NCBI RefSeq assembly: GCF_009914755.1
Contig: NC_060928.1
Origin: the human T2T-CHM13v2.0 reference genome, Homo sapiens
Direction: 5' to 3' (one strand)
Length of the DNA stretch: 64,000 bases
Both the position numbers and the translations under genes were made by a program. Below, one piece after another: positions 39,279 to 53,441 of the stretch (position 1 is the first letter of the stretch; each line of letters opens with the position of its first letter). Under the pieces are notes generated by a model that worked only from the letters and a program-made list of their open reading frames with translations, was not told the origin of the DNA and searched no databases.

Positions 39279-40894
39279 CAGTTGACCCTTGAACAATTCA
39301 GGGGTTGGGGTGCCAATCCCACATCCAGTTCAAAATCCGTGTATAACTTGTTACTCTCCAAAACTTAGCTACTGGTAGCCCACTGTTTACTGAAAACCTT
39401 ACCAATAACAAATCCCTATCTACCACCATTAACTCAAGATATATTAAAGACTGAAATGTAACAGCTCAAACTATAGAAATCCTAGAAACCTAGGAAATAT
39501 GCTTCTTGATGTCAGCATTAGCAAAGAATTTATGGCTAAGTCCTCAAAATCAATTGCATCAAAAACAAAAATTGACATGTGAGACCTAATTAAACTAAAG
39601 AGCTTCTGCATATCAAGAGAAATGATCAAGGAAGTAACAGACAGCTTAAAAATGGGAGAAAATCTTCACAAACTATGCATTCAAAAAGTCTTAATATTCA
39701 GAATCTATAAGAAACCTAATCTAACAAGCAAAAAACAAATAGCTCTATTAAAAAGCAGGCAAAAGACATGAACACTTTCAAAAGAAGACATACAAGTGGC
39801 CCACAAACATAAGAAAAAAATACTCATCATCAATAATCATCAGAGAAATGCAATACAAACTACAATGAGATACCATCTCATACCAGTCAGAATGACTTTG
39901 TTTTTAAGTCAAAAAAATAACAGATATTGGCAAAGCTGTGAAGAAAAAGATATACACTGTTTATGGGAATATAAATTAGTCTAGCTACTGTAGAGAGCAG
40001 TTTGGAGGTTTCTCAAAGAACTGAGTTGAACTACCATTAGACCAAGCAATCTCATTACTGGATATATATGCACAGCAAAATAAATTGTTTTATCATAAAG
40101 ACACATGCACCCATATGTTCATTGCAGCACTGTACACAATAGCAAAAACAGAATCAACCCAGGTTCCCATCAACAGTGCCATGGAGTACTATGCAGGCAT
40201 ATAAAAGAATAGAATGAAATCATGTCCTTTGCAGCAATGTGGATGCAGCTAGAGGTCACTATCCTAAGTGCACTAATGCAGAAACAGAAAACCAAATTTC
40301 ACATGTTCTCACTTTTAAGTGGCAGCTTAGCTCATTAAAAATTGAAAACATGCAGTATTTGGTTTTCTGTTTCTGTGTTAGTTCACATGCACACGTAGAT
40401 GGGAACAATAGACACTATGGACTATTAGAAGGGGGAGGGAGGGAGAGGAGCCAATGGCTGAAAAGCTACCTGTTGGATACTAGGCTCACTACCTGGGTGA
40501 TGGGTTCAGTCATACCTCAAACCACAGCATCATGTAATACATCTTTACAACAAACTTGCACATGTACCCCCTTATTCTAAAATAAAAGTTGAAAAGAAAA
40601 AGAAAAGAACACATATTTTCTACGTTATTTATATTATATACTGTATGCTTATAACATTAATAAAAGAATCTAGAGAAAAGAAAATGTTATCAAGAAAATC
40701 AGGCAAATACATTTACTATTCATTAAATGGAAGTGGATGATTATAAAGGTCATTAATCTTTATAATTGAAAAGGCTGAGGAGAAGAAAAACATAGAGAGT
40801 TGCTCTTGGTGTGACGGAGGTGGCAGAGGTGGGAGAAAATCCACCTACAAGAGGACTTGCACAGTTCACACTCATGCTGTTCAAGTGTCAGTGG
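39279..40894 (-). mobile_element. Tigger2a (MER28) DNA transposon split by L1
   Basis: TA|CAGTTGACCCTTGAACAA left TIR, degenerate right TIR TGTTCAAGTGTCAGTGG|TA, internal CTAGAGAAAAGAAAATGTTAT and GTGGCAGAGG. Confidence 0.85.
39412..40607 (+). mobile_element. L1PA15/16-like 3' fragment (about 1.2 kb)
   Basis: Decayed ORF2 end (CTAATTAAACTAAAGAGCTTCTGCA, ACAATGAGATACCATCTCA), 3' UTR, AATAAA and an A-rich tail. Confidence 0.9.
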
Positions 40895-41344
40895 TACCAT
40901 TATAACATCTAAATGAAAATAAACAATGATTCCTTTATATTTTCATATGCTCAGTAAGTACTTAAATACCCCATTGTCTCATGCAAAATTCAAAGATGAT
41001 TTGCTACAATCAAAATCCAAACAAGATCCACTTATGACATTTTGTTGATTTGTGCCTTGCAATATCTGCAGCTATAAACCCTCTCCCCATCCTTACTTTT
41101 TTTATTCTTACTATTTATTTATTCACTAAACTGAGTGATTTAATTTGCAGAGTTTCAATATTGCAAATTTTTCTGAATACATCATAGAAGTGTTTTACAA
41201 GCTCTTCTATGCTTTTTATTTTCTGTGAATTGTTAGGACCAGGAGCGTCAAAAGCCCGTATTTATACTTTTATTGTATGCTGCCTATAATTTGGTTAAAT
41301 GTGTGTTTTAATAATTAATAAAAGATAAGCAAAGATGAGGTATT

Positions 41345-41800
41345 GTTTATTAGGTAAGATATATGTTAAGCTGTAGGTGTAACTGTGAGCCAAAATAGCT
41401 CTGGTTTAAGTTAAGTTTATATCTCTCATTAATATCAATCTGGAAGTAGGAAGAACAGATGGAATAATGGCTCTGCTCCACAAGGTTTCCCAGGGATCCA
41501 GGATGTAGCTATCTTTTTCTCCACCGTTGCAAAGTTATTGTCTTTCTTTCATGAACCATTATGGCTCAACATTAGGTACTTATTCTTACCAGCAAGCAGG
41601 ATGAAAAGAGAAAATTTCCTTCTAAGACTCTAATCAGGGTGTTGTTCACAGTACTTCCACACATAGAATTCATCACAGAAATACAGTTTCAATGGAAAAA
41701 GAAAATGCAGTGTTGTCTATTTGCTGAGCTAAACACTTTCTTACTAATAAGAAAAGGAGAGAATATTTATTAGGAGGTAAGCTAACAATTTCTAGCCCAC
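41345..41800 (-). mobile_element. Old MLT1-like LTR remnant
   Basis: GGCTCTGCTCCACAAGG...CAGGGATCCAGG motif and MLT-like ends. Confidence 0.4.
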
Positions 41801-41920
41801 AAGCCAAAGCTCTAAAACATTTTAAGTAAATAATAATGAAGCTTAATCATTGTGATTTTGTTCACGAGCTCTTGTGTTCACACAGTTGTGACAGAATATT
41901 GGCCTAGAAAGATAGTTATC

Positions 41921-41963
41921 AGTTTTAATGGCAAAAAACGCAATTACTTTTGCACCAGCCTAA
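41921..41963. mobile_element. Half MADE1 (Hsmar1 mariner MITE)
   Basis: TTTTAATGGCAAAAAACGCAATTACTTTTGCACCAGCCTAA followed by TA. Confidence 0.9.
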
Positions 41964-43324
41964 TATATAAGCCCAAGTCTAGAAGGTAGCCTAGTCAGTG
42001 GTGTATACCAGGTGGAAATTGAACTTCTATTCCCTGGGAGTTAAGCAAAACTTAAGGCAAAATAAACAGAATACAGGAATGTAAAAATTGTATGGTAGAT
42101 ATTATTTTTTCTATGTACAACATGTTATATATTTTACCTATCTGGTTTCCTCAAATACATGTATTTGAGTGCCAGTGTGTATGTGTGTATGTTCCTATCC
42201 CTATCCTTATCTCTATATTTATTTTTGTATTATATTTTTAAAGTACAATTTTTATGTGTGTCAGGGACTTCTTATACATCAATGGCATGTTCCAGATAGT
42301 TTAGAATTGACATTTATTATCCATGTACTTTATCTTTTTATGAATTAAGAAGAATTAAAATGTTAAAGTCAAACATTCTCTCAAAGGTGAGTTTGCTCAA
42401 GTCTTATCTCTTTTCCTTCAATCCTCATACTTCCGTGTTTACTGGGTGGAATGTACAGTAGAATTGTGAGGCTAGTTATGCAGAGTCAGAATTCTGTAAT
42501 GTGAAAATGGCAAATAAGAATCTAACAAGTTAAGTGAGGGATAAATGAACTAGTTTTTGTTGAATACTACTATCTGCTGCATAATAGGTACTGAAAGAAT
42601 ACATTTTACATATATAATCAACAAATATAATCACAAACGTTTGAGCTATGTATTATTAACTGCTCTTTTCATTTGTGAAGATTTTGGTTCAGAAATATAT
42701 TTTTCCATATTACTTTGAGAGGTGGTAGTCTAGAATATTAATCTAGAACTTTAATATGCCAAATTGCATTGTGTTTTAAATGTACTTTGAAATACACAAT
42801 GTTTCTGTCTTGCCACAGAGCAGTTTGCTGCTTAAAGATAAATCCTATGACTCTACTAAAGGGTTTCACAATGTCTGTGGACTCAGCCTGAAGTCGTGAT
42901 ATAAATATGTGTTGTGTGTAATACTTTAGTCAATTAAACTTAGAAAATTTTGAGTCAGTCTAATTTAATTATATTTCTTTATTTTAGAACATCTCAGTAT
43001 CTTCAATAAACGTTGTTTATATATGTCTTAATAGGCTTTCTGAATCACTAGGGACAAAAAATAATACATAATATTTCCAGAAATTATTTCTTCATTGAAT
43101 TATTTCCCCAACAAAGAAGATTTATTTTTGTGACTTGAAAGCGTGCACATCTGGATATACATATTTATGTGTTTATATATACATATATAGGTAAACATAT
43201 ATCTGCCTATATGTTTTATAATCATATGCAGAAACCTTACAAATTATTGTAATTTATCAATTGAGTGCATGTTGGTAAGACTTAAAACTATTAGCAAGAA
43301 GATAAAGAAATGCATGCAAGTTCA

Positions 43325-44432
<1,108 letters not shown>

Positions 44433-45250
44433 AAATCAAGACTAAAACAGAACATAAAGCATTTGTATCACACAATGACTATTAGCATGTTATAGGGAAG
44501 CAACTGATTATTTCTGATGTGCAATGTGCGTATCATGTGTATATAAAGACCATGGTGCTTTGGGCTGACCTAACATGACCTTACAACTTTTAAGGCATTT
44601 GAGAATAACTTTTGAGGCATTTGAGAATTACATTTAGGCATGATTCAAGTGTGTAACGACTGTAGTTAGCACTGTGTTTTGAACATGCAGTGCCCTCAAG
44701 AAATAGTAAATTTGTCAATGAATTTATTATTATGTTAAAGCATAGACTTACAAGGAAAACTTAGATATTAAGTTTGGAGGAAAACAGTGCAAATTGTGTC
44801 TATATCGAACTTGATTTCATGAGGAGCTTACATACATAAAATATTCCGTTGCTTAGCCAATTCTTCCAGAAGAGACTCCCTGAGAAATTACCTTTGCTTG
44901 GGTATATTAGTTCCTTCCTGTGCCTCAGGAGAGGCAATTTACCTCTCAAGTATGAAGAACTTGCTTTGAGAAAGTATTTTACTCATTCTGACTCCCTGGA
45001 AGATTGAGACAGATTTAAAGAAATTACACTTTATTTTTAGCAGGTTAGAGTCAGATGTGACCAATAGCATGTGGCTTCTGCAAGGGGTTACTTATTTTAT
45101 CTAATTCATCTTACTCTGTGTGCAATTCTTGTATCTCTCTCATGACATAAAATCCGCAAATCTAAGAATTTACTTCATTATTTAGACTAGATATATATAG
45201 AAAATGAGTTGTTAACCCACTTCCATTGGGTCCAGCTAGTGACCATGTAA

Positions 45251-45565
<315 letters not shown>

Positions 45566-46333
45566 TATGGTGGTTCTTTAAAGTGAGACTGGAGAGAAAA
45601 TGAGTGATTTTTTCAAGGTCATCTGAAAAAAAGAATCACATTTTGAAAACAGGTCTTCTAACTTCAGATTAATGTTGTTTGTACAGCACCACAATGCTTT
45701 TGATTGCATATAGGAGAAACAGTAGATAGAAAAATAAAACTGTAGTTAATAGCAATTCTTCAGGCTTTTAAAAGTATGAGCATCATAAAATGGCTCAGAA
45801 TTGAAAATTAAGTTTTGTTAATATTAGGATCTGCGAAATGTTTTTCAAATGTGATGAAATCTATTTATCCATTCATTTAGAGAATGTGTCTTCCTTATTA
45901 ATCAACTATCTTTTTTTTTGTCTTAAACTTTCATACATCCCACTGGATATTTTAGTCACTCAATAAGATCAAACAGGATAAGAAAATGCAAACTGTCAAG
46001 AAAATAATCCTTATATCATTATACTTTTGTAACTGTGGTAAAAGTTCATGAGCAAGGGCACTAAAATTATTTAGGTTTTTAGCCTTGAGATTTGGACTAG
46101 TTAATTAGAACCAAAAGAGAAGAACCAATTGCTGCAACATGTACATGTATTCTGTCACAAAGCCATCAGATCTTCCTCTAGTTTGGGATTTAAGGTATAT
46201 CTTATAAATTGGGTCTCAAAAATGTTTGGAAACAAGTAATCATGACTATGTGATCATAATAGATAATTTCTTATATAATTTAATCTCTGTGGCTAATGAT
46301 AAATTGTAGGGTAGAGGTGATTTTCATAGATAA

Positions 46334-46495
46334 ATATATACTACTCATATATATACACATATATATAGTGTGTGTATATATATACACACACCAGTCACAT
46401 ATATGAGTAGTAATTATATGTGTATACATGTGTAATTATATATACATATATATGGTGTGTGTGTGTATATATATCACTCATATATATGAGTAGTA
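46334..46495. repeat. TA/CA/TG-rich low-complexity palindromic tract
   Basis: Alternating purine-pyrimidine runs with several perfect inverted repeats. Confidence 0.9.
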
Positions 46496-47329
46496 ATCAA
46501 GAAAGAATTAAGCAGAATTAATATTTCTCCTACTCAATACATTAGTAAAAATTAGAGATCATTTTGAAGTGAGAAAGGAAGTAATCATTCTAAGATTCCA
46601 AAGCAACATGTACAAATTTATTCATGGTTTAATGTTCTTTTATATTTTTCATTTCATTGGCAACATTAAGTTTTGTGTTGTTACCTGAAAATAAGCCATA
46701 CGTTAACTGAAAAATAAAGGGGTCTGGAGCCATTTAAAAGATAAATCCATACCTCATACATGTTAATAGCTAAATTAATAAAATTTTAAAAGTTAAATTA
46801 CTATGTGATACCAAATGCAGTGATATTTTAAAATTATAGCTTTTTGAATTACATATAGTTTTATTTTAAATATCATACATGATTTTCAATAATGGTTCTA
46901 TAAACAGAGATGATGAACATACGGAATTGCCAATAATAAAATGATACATAAAATACAAAACTAAAATAAAACATAAGTAATATACACTAATATAAATAAA
47001 CACCAGTAAACAAATAAACCTAGGAAGATTTCAAGAGCTGAAAAATTAGTGTCTGCAGGAAAGCAGTTGGATAAAGAGAAATGGCACAATCACCCTCCTC
47101 TTTACCAGAGTAGGAAAAATGTGTATATAATAAAACTATTATAGAACTCTTAAAAGTACAAACAATGAGTTTATGATTTTCATCCATGTCACAGTTGTAC
47201 TTGTTCTGTAATATAACAGTCATATTTTTTTCAAGAAAACAAATTGTAACAAATGAGAACTATTAACTCTTTGTCATGACTGAACTATACACATTTAATC
47301 ATCATGTTTTAAATCATGTCAAATATCTG

Positions 47330-47730
47330 TGCTGAAAACTCTAAATTATCCTTTGTACTTCAATGATTAAAAGCCTGGAAACTGTATTTCCCTAACTTCT
47401 TTACCAGGAGAGTTCTCATATTAGGCCAATGAGAGTGATTAATGTAAAATTTGAGACTTGGGATTTAAGAACAAAACATTATTCTCAAGGGATAGCCACA
47501 GACAGATGTGTGGATTACAGAGCTTTCTAACATTGGATTTTGCTAAGGTTTTACAGTGCTTCCTGTGATCATTCACTGTGGAACTGTAGACAAATAGGGT
47601 AATTGATGGAAACTTCCAGGGACTTTCTAAACTTCATAAACCTAGAATTTTCAATGGTGCTGTAAACATTTGAATCTCTTTCTGCTTGGGATACATAGAA
47701 TTAGCTTATATTTTCATAGTGCTCTTTGAA
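47330..47730 (+). mobile_element. LTR16-like ERVL LTR remnant
   Basis: GCCTGGAAACTGTATTTCCC...GGCCAATGAGAG and a CTTTCTGCTT...AGAATTAGCTT end. Confidence 0.35.
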
Positions 47731-48784
47731 TGATCCATCTCCCCAGTAAACATTTTGCTGTGTCCAGTCTGATCCTCTTCATAGGAGCCAATGACTCATT
47801 TTTTGAGGATTTGAGACATTTTTGGTCAAAAAGCTCAGTACGTTTTATCCTATCGTGAATGGGAATAATATAAATAAAGTTTAAAATGTGGCCTTAATTT
47901 TGATAAAATGAAAGAATCCATAAAGTCTAAAAAGAGGAAAATAGGATTTTTCAGTTTGAGAAGTTGAAAGCTGACACTAGATATGATTTTAAAATCTTGA
48001 AAAAATAACAAATGACCTAATTTAAGAGAATGTCAGTTCTCTCTCTCTCTCTTTTTTTTTTTTTTTTTTTGGTAACACCAAAATTCAAATATCAGGGCAA
48101 AAGAAGCACTCTGCAAAAGATCAAAAGATGCAAGAGTTAATTTCAAGACAGACTCAAATGCAATCATTTACAAATCCATACAGAATTAAACAGTGGTTAA
48201 GCACATTTCTACATCTACTGGCGTATAAGAACTAAAACTGGATATGTAAAACAACTGGATATCTGGAGAAATGACAGACCTATGTAGTTAGTAATGAAGC
48301 TAGAATAATCTTAATCTTTAAGGAGAGTTTTAACTAAATTAAGGTTACATGGCTTTGCTACAATGAACCAAACTGTAAATATTATAAAGTCTTTCAACAA
48401 TAATTGATTATAATATTCTAATATTTAATTATGTCTTTATACTCACATATTCACTTCTTCAACAGATTAAAAGCAATTGAGTTTAGCAACTACTTAGTAA
48501 CTGTGATTAGTTTGAGTAGAAATTCCCTTGATGGTATAAATTTTAATATTTCACAACTGTGAACTACTTTATGAGTTACAAGTATGATTTTAATATTGCC
48601 TCTCTAGTGCTAAGTTTACTAGTTAACTCCCTGGCTTTAAGGTTAGCTTCAGGGGTGAGAGTCATATTTTTCCAATTGCTTATCTGTAAACAACTGAAAT
48701 GAGACTAGATTGCCTGTGCAATTGATCTAAGATTGCAATTAGTATGTGTAAATATTCAAGCTTTTTGTATTTTACAATTTAATT

Positions 48785-49232
48785 TTTTTAATTTCTAAAA
48801 ATGTATGTTAATTTACGGGATACATGTGTAATTTTCTTACATGCCTCTTAGTGTATCCATGACCTGAGTAGTGTATTTTGTATCTATTAATTTCTCATCA
48901 TCCACCCTCTTCTCACTCCACAGGCTTCTGAGTCTATTGTCTATCCCTCCACACTCTCTGTCCACTGTACACATTATTTAGCTTCCAGTTGTAAGTGAGA
49001 ACATGTGGTATTTGTTTTTTCTGTTTCTGAGTTGTTTCATTTAAGATAATGGCCCCCAATTCCATCCCTGTTGCTGTCAAATACATGATTTCATTTTTTA
49101 TGGCTGAATAGTATTCTATTTTGTGTACATACCACAATTTCTTTATCTAATTATGACTTGATGGACACTAAGATTGATTCCATATCTCTGCTCTTGTGAA
49201 TTGTGCTGTGATGAACATACAAATGCAGGTAT
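48785..49232 (-). mobile_element. L1PB4/L1MA-type 3' fragment
   Basis: GTAAGTGAGAACATGTGGTATTTG...TTTATGGCTGAATAGTATTC...ATACAAATGCAGGTAT. Confidence 0.85.
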
Positions 49233-49474
49233 TCATAGCTGCTGTCAATTTTCTCCTTGTATCTTTTCTGCTCACTTGGATCCCATGTTTATTTCTTGGC
49301 CTTCTTCCTTTAAATATCTCCTGGCATTTTAATGTCTCTCATTGGTTTCTCATTTGCTTACTGAAGTAATGTGGTGACTATAGCAATACTAAATTTGGTC
49401 CTTTTCCTTTTTTTCTCTATAAACTTTTTCTTTGCAAATTCTTCTACTACTTTGGTTTGAATTATCACTACCAT

Positions 49475-49670
49475 GTACAGTGAACCGTGGCCACTCAAAG
49501 ATACTATTAAGTTCTAGTTTCTGAAATTCATGTTACCTTATTGGGAAAAGGAGTCTTGGCAGATACAATTAAGTTAAGGATCTTGAAAAGATTATTCTGG
49601 ATTATCTGGATGGTCCCTAAATATTAATATCATCACAAGTGTTCTTTATAAAACAGAGGCAAAGCGAGAT
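49475..49670 (+). mobile_element. MLT1D 5' fragment
   Basis: ATGTTACCTTA...GCAGATACAATTAAGTTAAGGATCTTGA...GATTATTCTGGATTATCTGGATGG. Confidence 0.75.
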
Positions 49671-49904
49671 AACATACCCTTTATTCTGGAGACTTAGAAA
49701 TGTTAGGGTTTTGTCTTATGTCTCTTTACTTTGATTATGCTTTTCTCCATAACAGGAATAACTTTGCTCATGTTCTCTACCTGATGAGCTTCTACTTATT
49801 TGTTATGGTCTAGCTCCAAATTCACCTGTTTTGTATAGTCTATCCCTGCATTCTGGAGGAGTTCATTTCCCACATGTCTGCAGTCAGTTCTTTTTTGCAG
49901 TGTT

Positions 49905-50002
49905 TTGCTGTTGTTGTTGTTTGTTTTGTTTTATTTGTTGAGACAGGTTCTTACTCTCCCATCCAGGCTGGAGTGCAGTGGTGCAATCACTGCTTATTGC
50001 AA
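49905..50002 (-). mobile_element. AluJ/FLAM 3' fragment
   Basis: (TTG)n tail, then GAGACAGG...CCAGGCTGGAGTGCAGTGGTGCAATCA. Confidence 0.8.
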
Positions 50003-50135
50003 GTCTTATATCCTTTTAGGTTTCCTGGGCAAGTGACGTACCTTATTTTTTTGTGTTTTCAATATACATGCTTACTATATAGCAGATATCTAAAAGCACG
50101 GTTTAATGTGGCTGTGTGCTGGAACATGTTTAACA

Positions 50136-50495
50136 ACTACTTTGCAGCAATATGGATAGAAATGGTGTCCATTAACCTAAACAAACTAACACAGGAACAG
50201 AAAACCAAGTACCACATGTTTTCACATATAAGTGAGAGTAAAATAAACAGAACACATGGATACTGGGAGGGGAACGACAGACACTGGGACCTACTTGAGG
50301 GTGAAGAGTAGGAGGAGTGAGAGGATCAGAAAAAGTATCATCAGGTACTATGTTTATTATCCAGGTGACAAAACTATTTGTACACCAAACCTCTGTGACA
50401 TGCAGTTTACCTGTATAGCAAACCTGCACGTGTATCCCTGAACCAAAAATAGAAGTTAAAAATAAAAATAAATAAAAGGAAAAAAATTAAAAAGA
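50136..50495 (+). mobile_element. L1PA (about PA13-16) 3' UTR fragment
   Basis: CTAACACAGGAACAGAAAACCAAGTACCACATGTT ... AACCTGCACGTGTATCCCTGAACC, A-rich tail. Confidence 0.88.
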
Positions 50496-50624
50496 AATAT
50501 AGCTACATAACAGCTATGATATTGATGTTTTCTTAATACATTAATTGAACCTGAGAAATTAACCACAGATTTTCAGGGAATTATGGCTGCTCAACCAATA
50601 AAGTTAATGTAGAAAAAAAAAATT

Positions 50625-50938
50625 TCATGGAATTTCTTATGGTGCAAATACTCCCAACATAGCATATTTTTAGCTGACAATGGGAGATGTTATTTCTACC
50701 ATACACAGCAACTAGATATAAATAACTTCATAGACACAAATATTAATAAAGAATAGAAAACCATTAGGAAGTGATGGTTTTGAGAATTCATTTCCTTTTT
50801 AAATATTATATGCTTGATCATAAGTTTCTATAATTAATCTTTAATGATGGCTGTATTTAATAACTAGAAAGCAAAATTACTGAAAAATGAATGATGGGCT
50901 CTTGTGAGCCAGGATGAGCTGGCTTCAACACAACATTG
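50625..50938 (-). mobile_element. MER63-family hAT DNA transposon
   Basis: GGTGCAAATACTCCCA, ATTAGGAAGTGATG..TTTTGAG, terminal GAGCCAGGATGAGCTGGCTTCAACACAACATTG. Confidence 0.7.
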
Positions 50939-52165
50939 ATTTTATGTTATAATACATGGATCCAATAAATGTAAACTCTTGTTTGAAAAAACTTTAAGAA
51001 TAATATTCAAACTATTTAATCAATAAGTAAATATCTACTATTCATGATATTTCATACTGTATTAGATTATTTGCAGAAAGAAAAATAGAAACAATGAAAT
51101 ACATAACAGTTTTTTAGGAGAAACTGCATAAACCATGTTATACCACAAATATATTTTTCAATTTAAAAAATCTTATTTATAATCTAAAAATAACTTTATA
51201 TTTGGTAATAAGGTATACATAAAATTTAAAAATATATTTCAAATCACTCTACAAAGAAAATCTCAATACAGAGCATTTTCTCTTTTGATATTGCACAATT
51301 CTTTATAAAATATGAGTTAGTTTATGACATTAATGCTGATACTTTCTCATACATTCACATTTTAAAAGTGATTCACAAATTAAAAATTATTTAAGAAGTA
51401 GCTTTTGTTAATCAACTAATTTCCAAATATTTTATAACTGCCAAATTGTGTTACGAACTGGTATCATTGTATGGCAGAGTTACAAAATAAAAATAGAACA
51501 GAATGTTTAATTATTAGAAGTGTTGATTAGCCAGTCTTCAGCAAGGGCTAAATGTAAATTGATTAATTTTCTTAAAATATGACTGTTAACATTTTTTTAC
51601 AAAGTTAAATATAAGCTACATCTTCTAAAACTGGGGGCACAGTTTCATTTAAGACAGAAAGTTTATTTTTTATTTATTGATGTGCCATCTTCCTTTTCTC
51701 CATTTAATAGAACTTTCTGCATTTCCTGGCATATGAGGATATTTACAGAATATTTTTATTTATTTCCTGATACCTTCATCTTTTCTAGTATGTCAAATGA
51801 ATCACATCGTGTGTAGCATTTTGTGTCTGGCTTTTTACATGTAGTATAATACTTTTGAGATTTATCCATATTGTTGCACTTATTAGCAGTTTGTTCTCTT
51901 TAATTGTTTAACAGACTTCCATTTTGTGGATGTACCTCAGTTTCATGATAATTCATTCATGATGAAAATAAATTGATTTAGATTTTTGTTAACTATGAAT
52001 AAAGCTGTTGTAAACATTTGTATAGAAGTCTTTGGGAAGACATGAGTTTTGATTTATCTTAGATAATAAAAAGGAATAGGTTTACTTGATAGTATGGTGA
52101 GTGTATATGTTTAATTTTGCAAGATACTACCAAACTTTTTCAAAGTAGTTGTCCCATTCTCACTT

Positions 52166-53441
52166 TTATTATTATTATTATACTTTAAGTTCTGGGGTAC
52201 ATGTGCACAGCATGCGGGTTTGTTACACAAGTATACATGCGCCGTGTTGGTTTGCTGCACCCATCAACTCGTCATTTACATTAGATATTTCTCCAAATGC
52301 TATCCCTTCCCCAGTTCCCCACCCCTTGACAGGCCCTGGTGTGTGATGTTCCCTTCCCTGTGTCCATGTGTTCTCATTGTTCAACTACCACTTATTAGTG
52401 AGAACGTGGTGTTTGGTTTTCTCTTCTTGTGTTACTTTGCCAAGAATGATGGTTTCCAGTTTCATCTATGTCCCTGCAAAGGACATGAACTTATCCTTTT
52501 TTATGGCTGCATAGTATTCCATGGTGTATATGTGCCACATTTTCTTTATCCAGTCTATCATTTATGGGCATTTCCTTGAGAAGAGCAACCCCAAGACACG
52601 TAATCGTCAGATCCACCAAGGTTGAAATAAAGGGAAAAACGTTAAGTGCAGCCAGAGAGAAAAGTCGGGTTACCCACAAAGGGAAGCCCATCAGACTATC
52701 AGTGGATCTCTCTGCAGAAACCTTACAAGTCAGAAGATAATGGGGGCCAATTTTCAACATTCTTAAAGAAAAGAATTTTCAACCCAGAATTTCATATCCA
52801 GCCAAACTAAGCTTCATAAATGAAGGAGAAATAAAAGCCTTTACAGACAAGCAAATGCTTAGTGGTTTTGTCACCACCAGGCCTGCCTTACAAGAGCTCC
52901 TGAAGGAAGCACTAAACATGGAAAGGAACAACTGGCACCAGCCACTGCAAAAACATGCCAAATTGTAAAGACCATCAATGCTATGAAGAAACTGTATCAA
53001 CTAATGGGCAAAATAACCAGCTAGCATTGTAATGACACGATCAAATTCACACATAACAATGTTAACTTTAAATGTAAATGGGCTAAATGCCCCAATTAAA
53101 AGACACAGACTGGCAAATTGGATAAAGAGTCAAGACCATTGGTGTACTGTATTCAAGAGACTTATCTCACATGCAAAGACACACATAGGCTCAAAATAAA
53201 TTGATGGGTGAAGATCTAGCAAGCAAATGGAATGCAAAAAAAAGCAGGGGTTCCAATCCTAGTCTCTGATAAAACAGACTTTAAACCAACAAATATCGAA
53301 AGAGGAAAAGAAGGGCATTACATCATGGTAAAGGGATCAATGCAATAAGAAAAGCTAACTATCCTAAATATATATGAACCCAATACAGGAGCACCCAGAT
53401 TCATAAAGCAATTTCTTAGAGACCTAAAAAGAGACTTAGAC
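52166..53441 (-). mobile_element. L1PA insertion with 5' inversion (3' end on minus; ORF1-end/ORF2-start piece on plus)
   Basis: 52166-52573 is the reversed 3' end. 52574-53446 reads RRATPRHVIVR...ORF1 stop 52966-52968, then ORF2 ATG at 53032 (MTRSNSHITMLTLNVNGLNAPIKRH), with disabling stops. TSD TCCCATT(C/T)TCACTT at 52152-52165 and 53442-53455. Confidence 0.93.

Larger units (their letters stand above)
39040..41240 (-). mobile_element. L1MC-type fragment hosting Tigger2a
   Basis: AATTCAAACATGTACAAAAGTA...GCCATCACTCAGCTTCA before the transposon; AATCAAAATCCAAACAAGATCCAC after it. Confidence 0.5.

Noticed and set aside
49874-50311. 145-aa ORF
   Set aside because: Runs through an Alu fragment and an L1 3' UTR.
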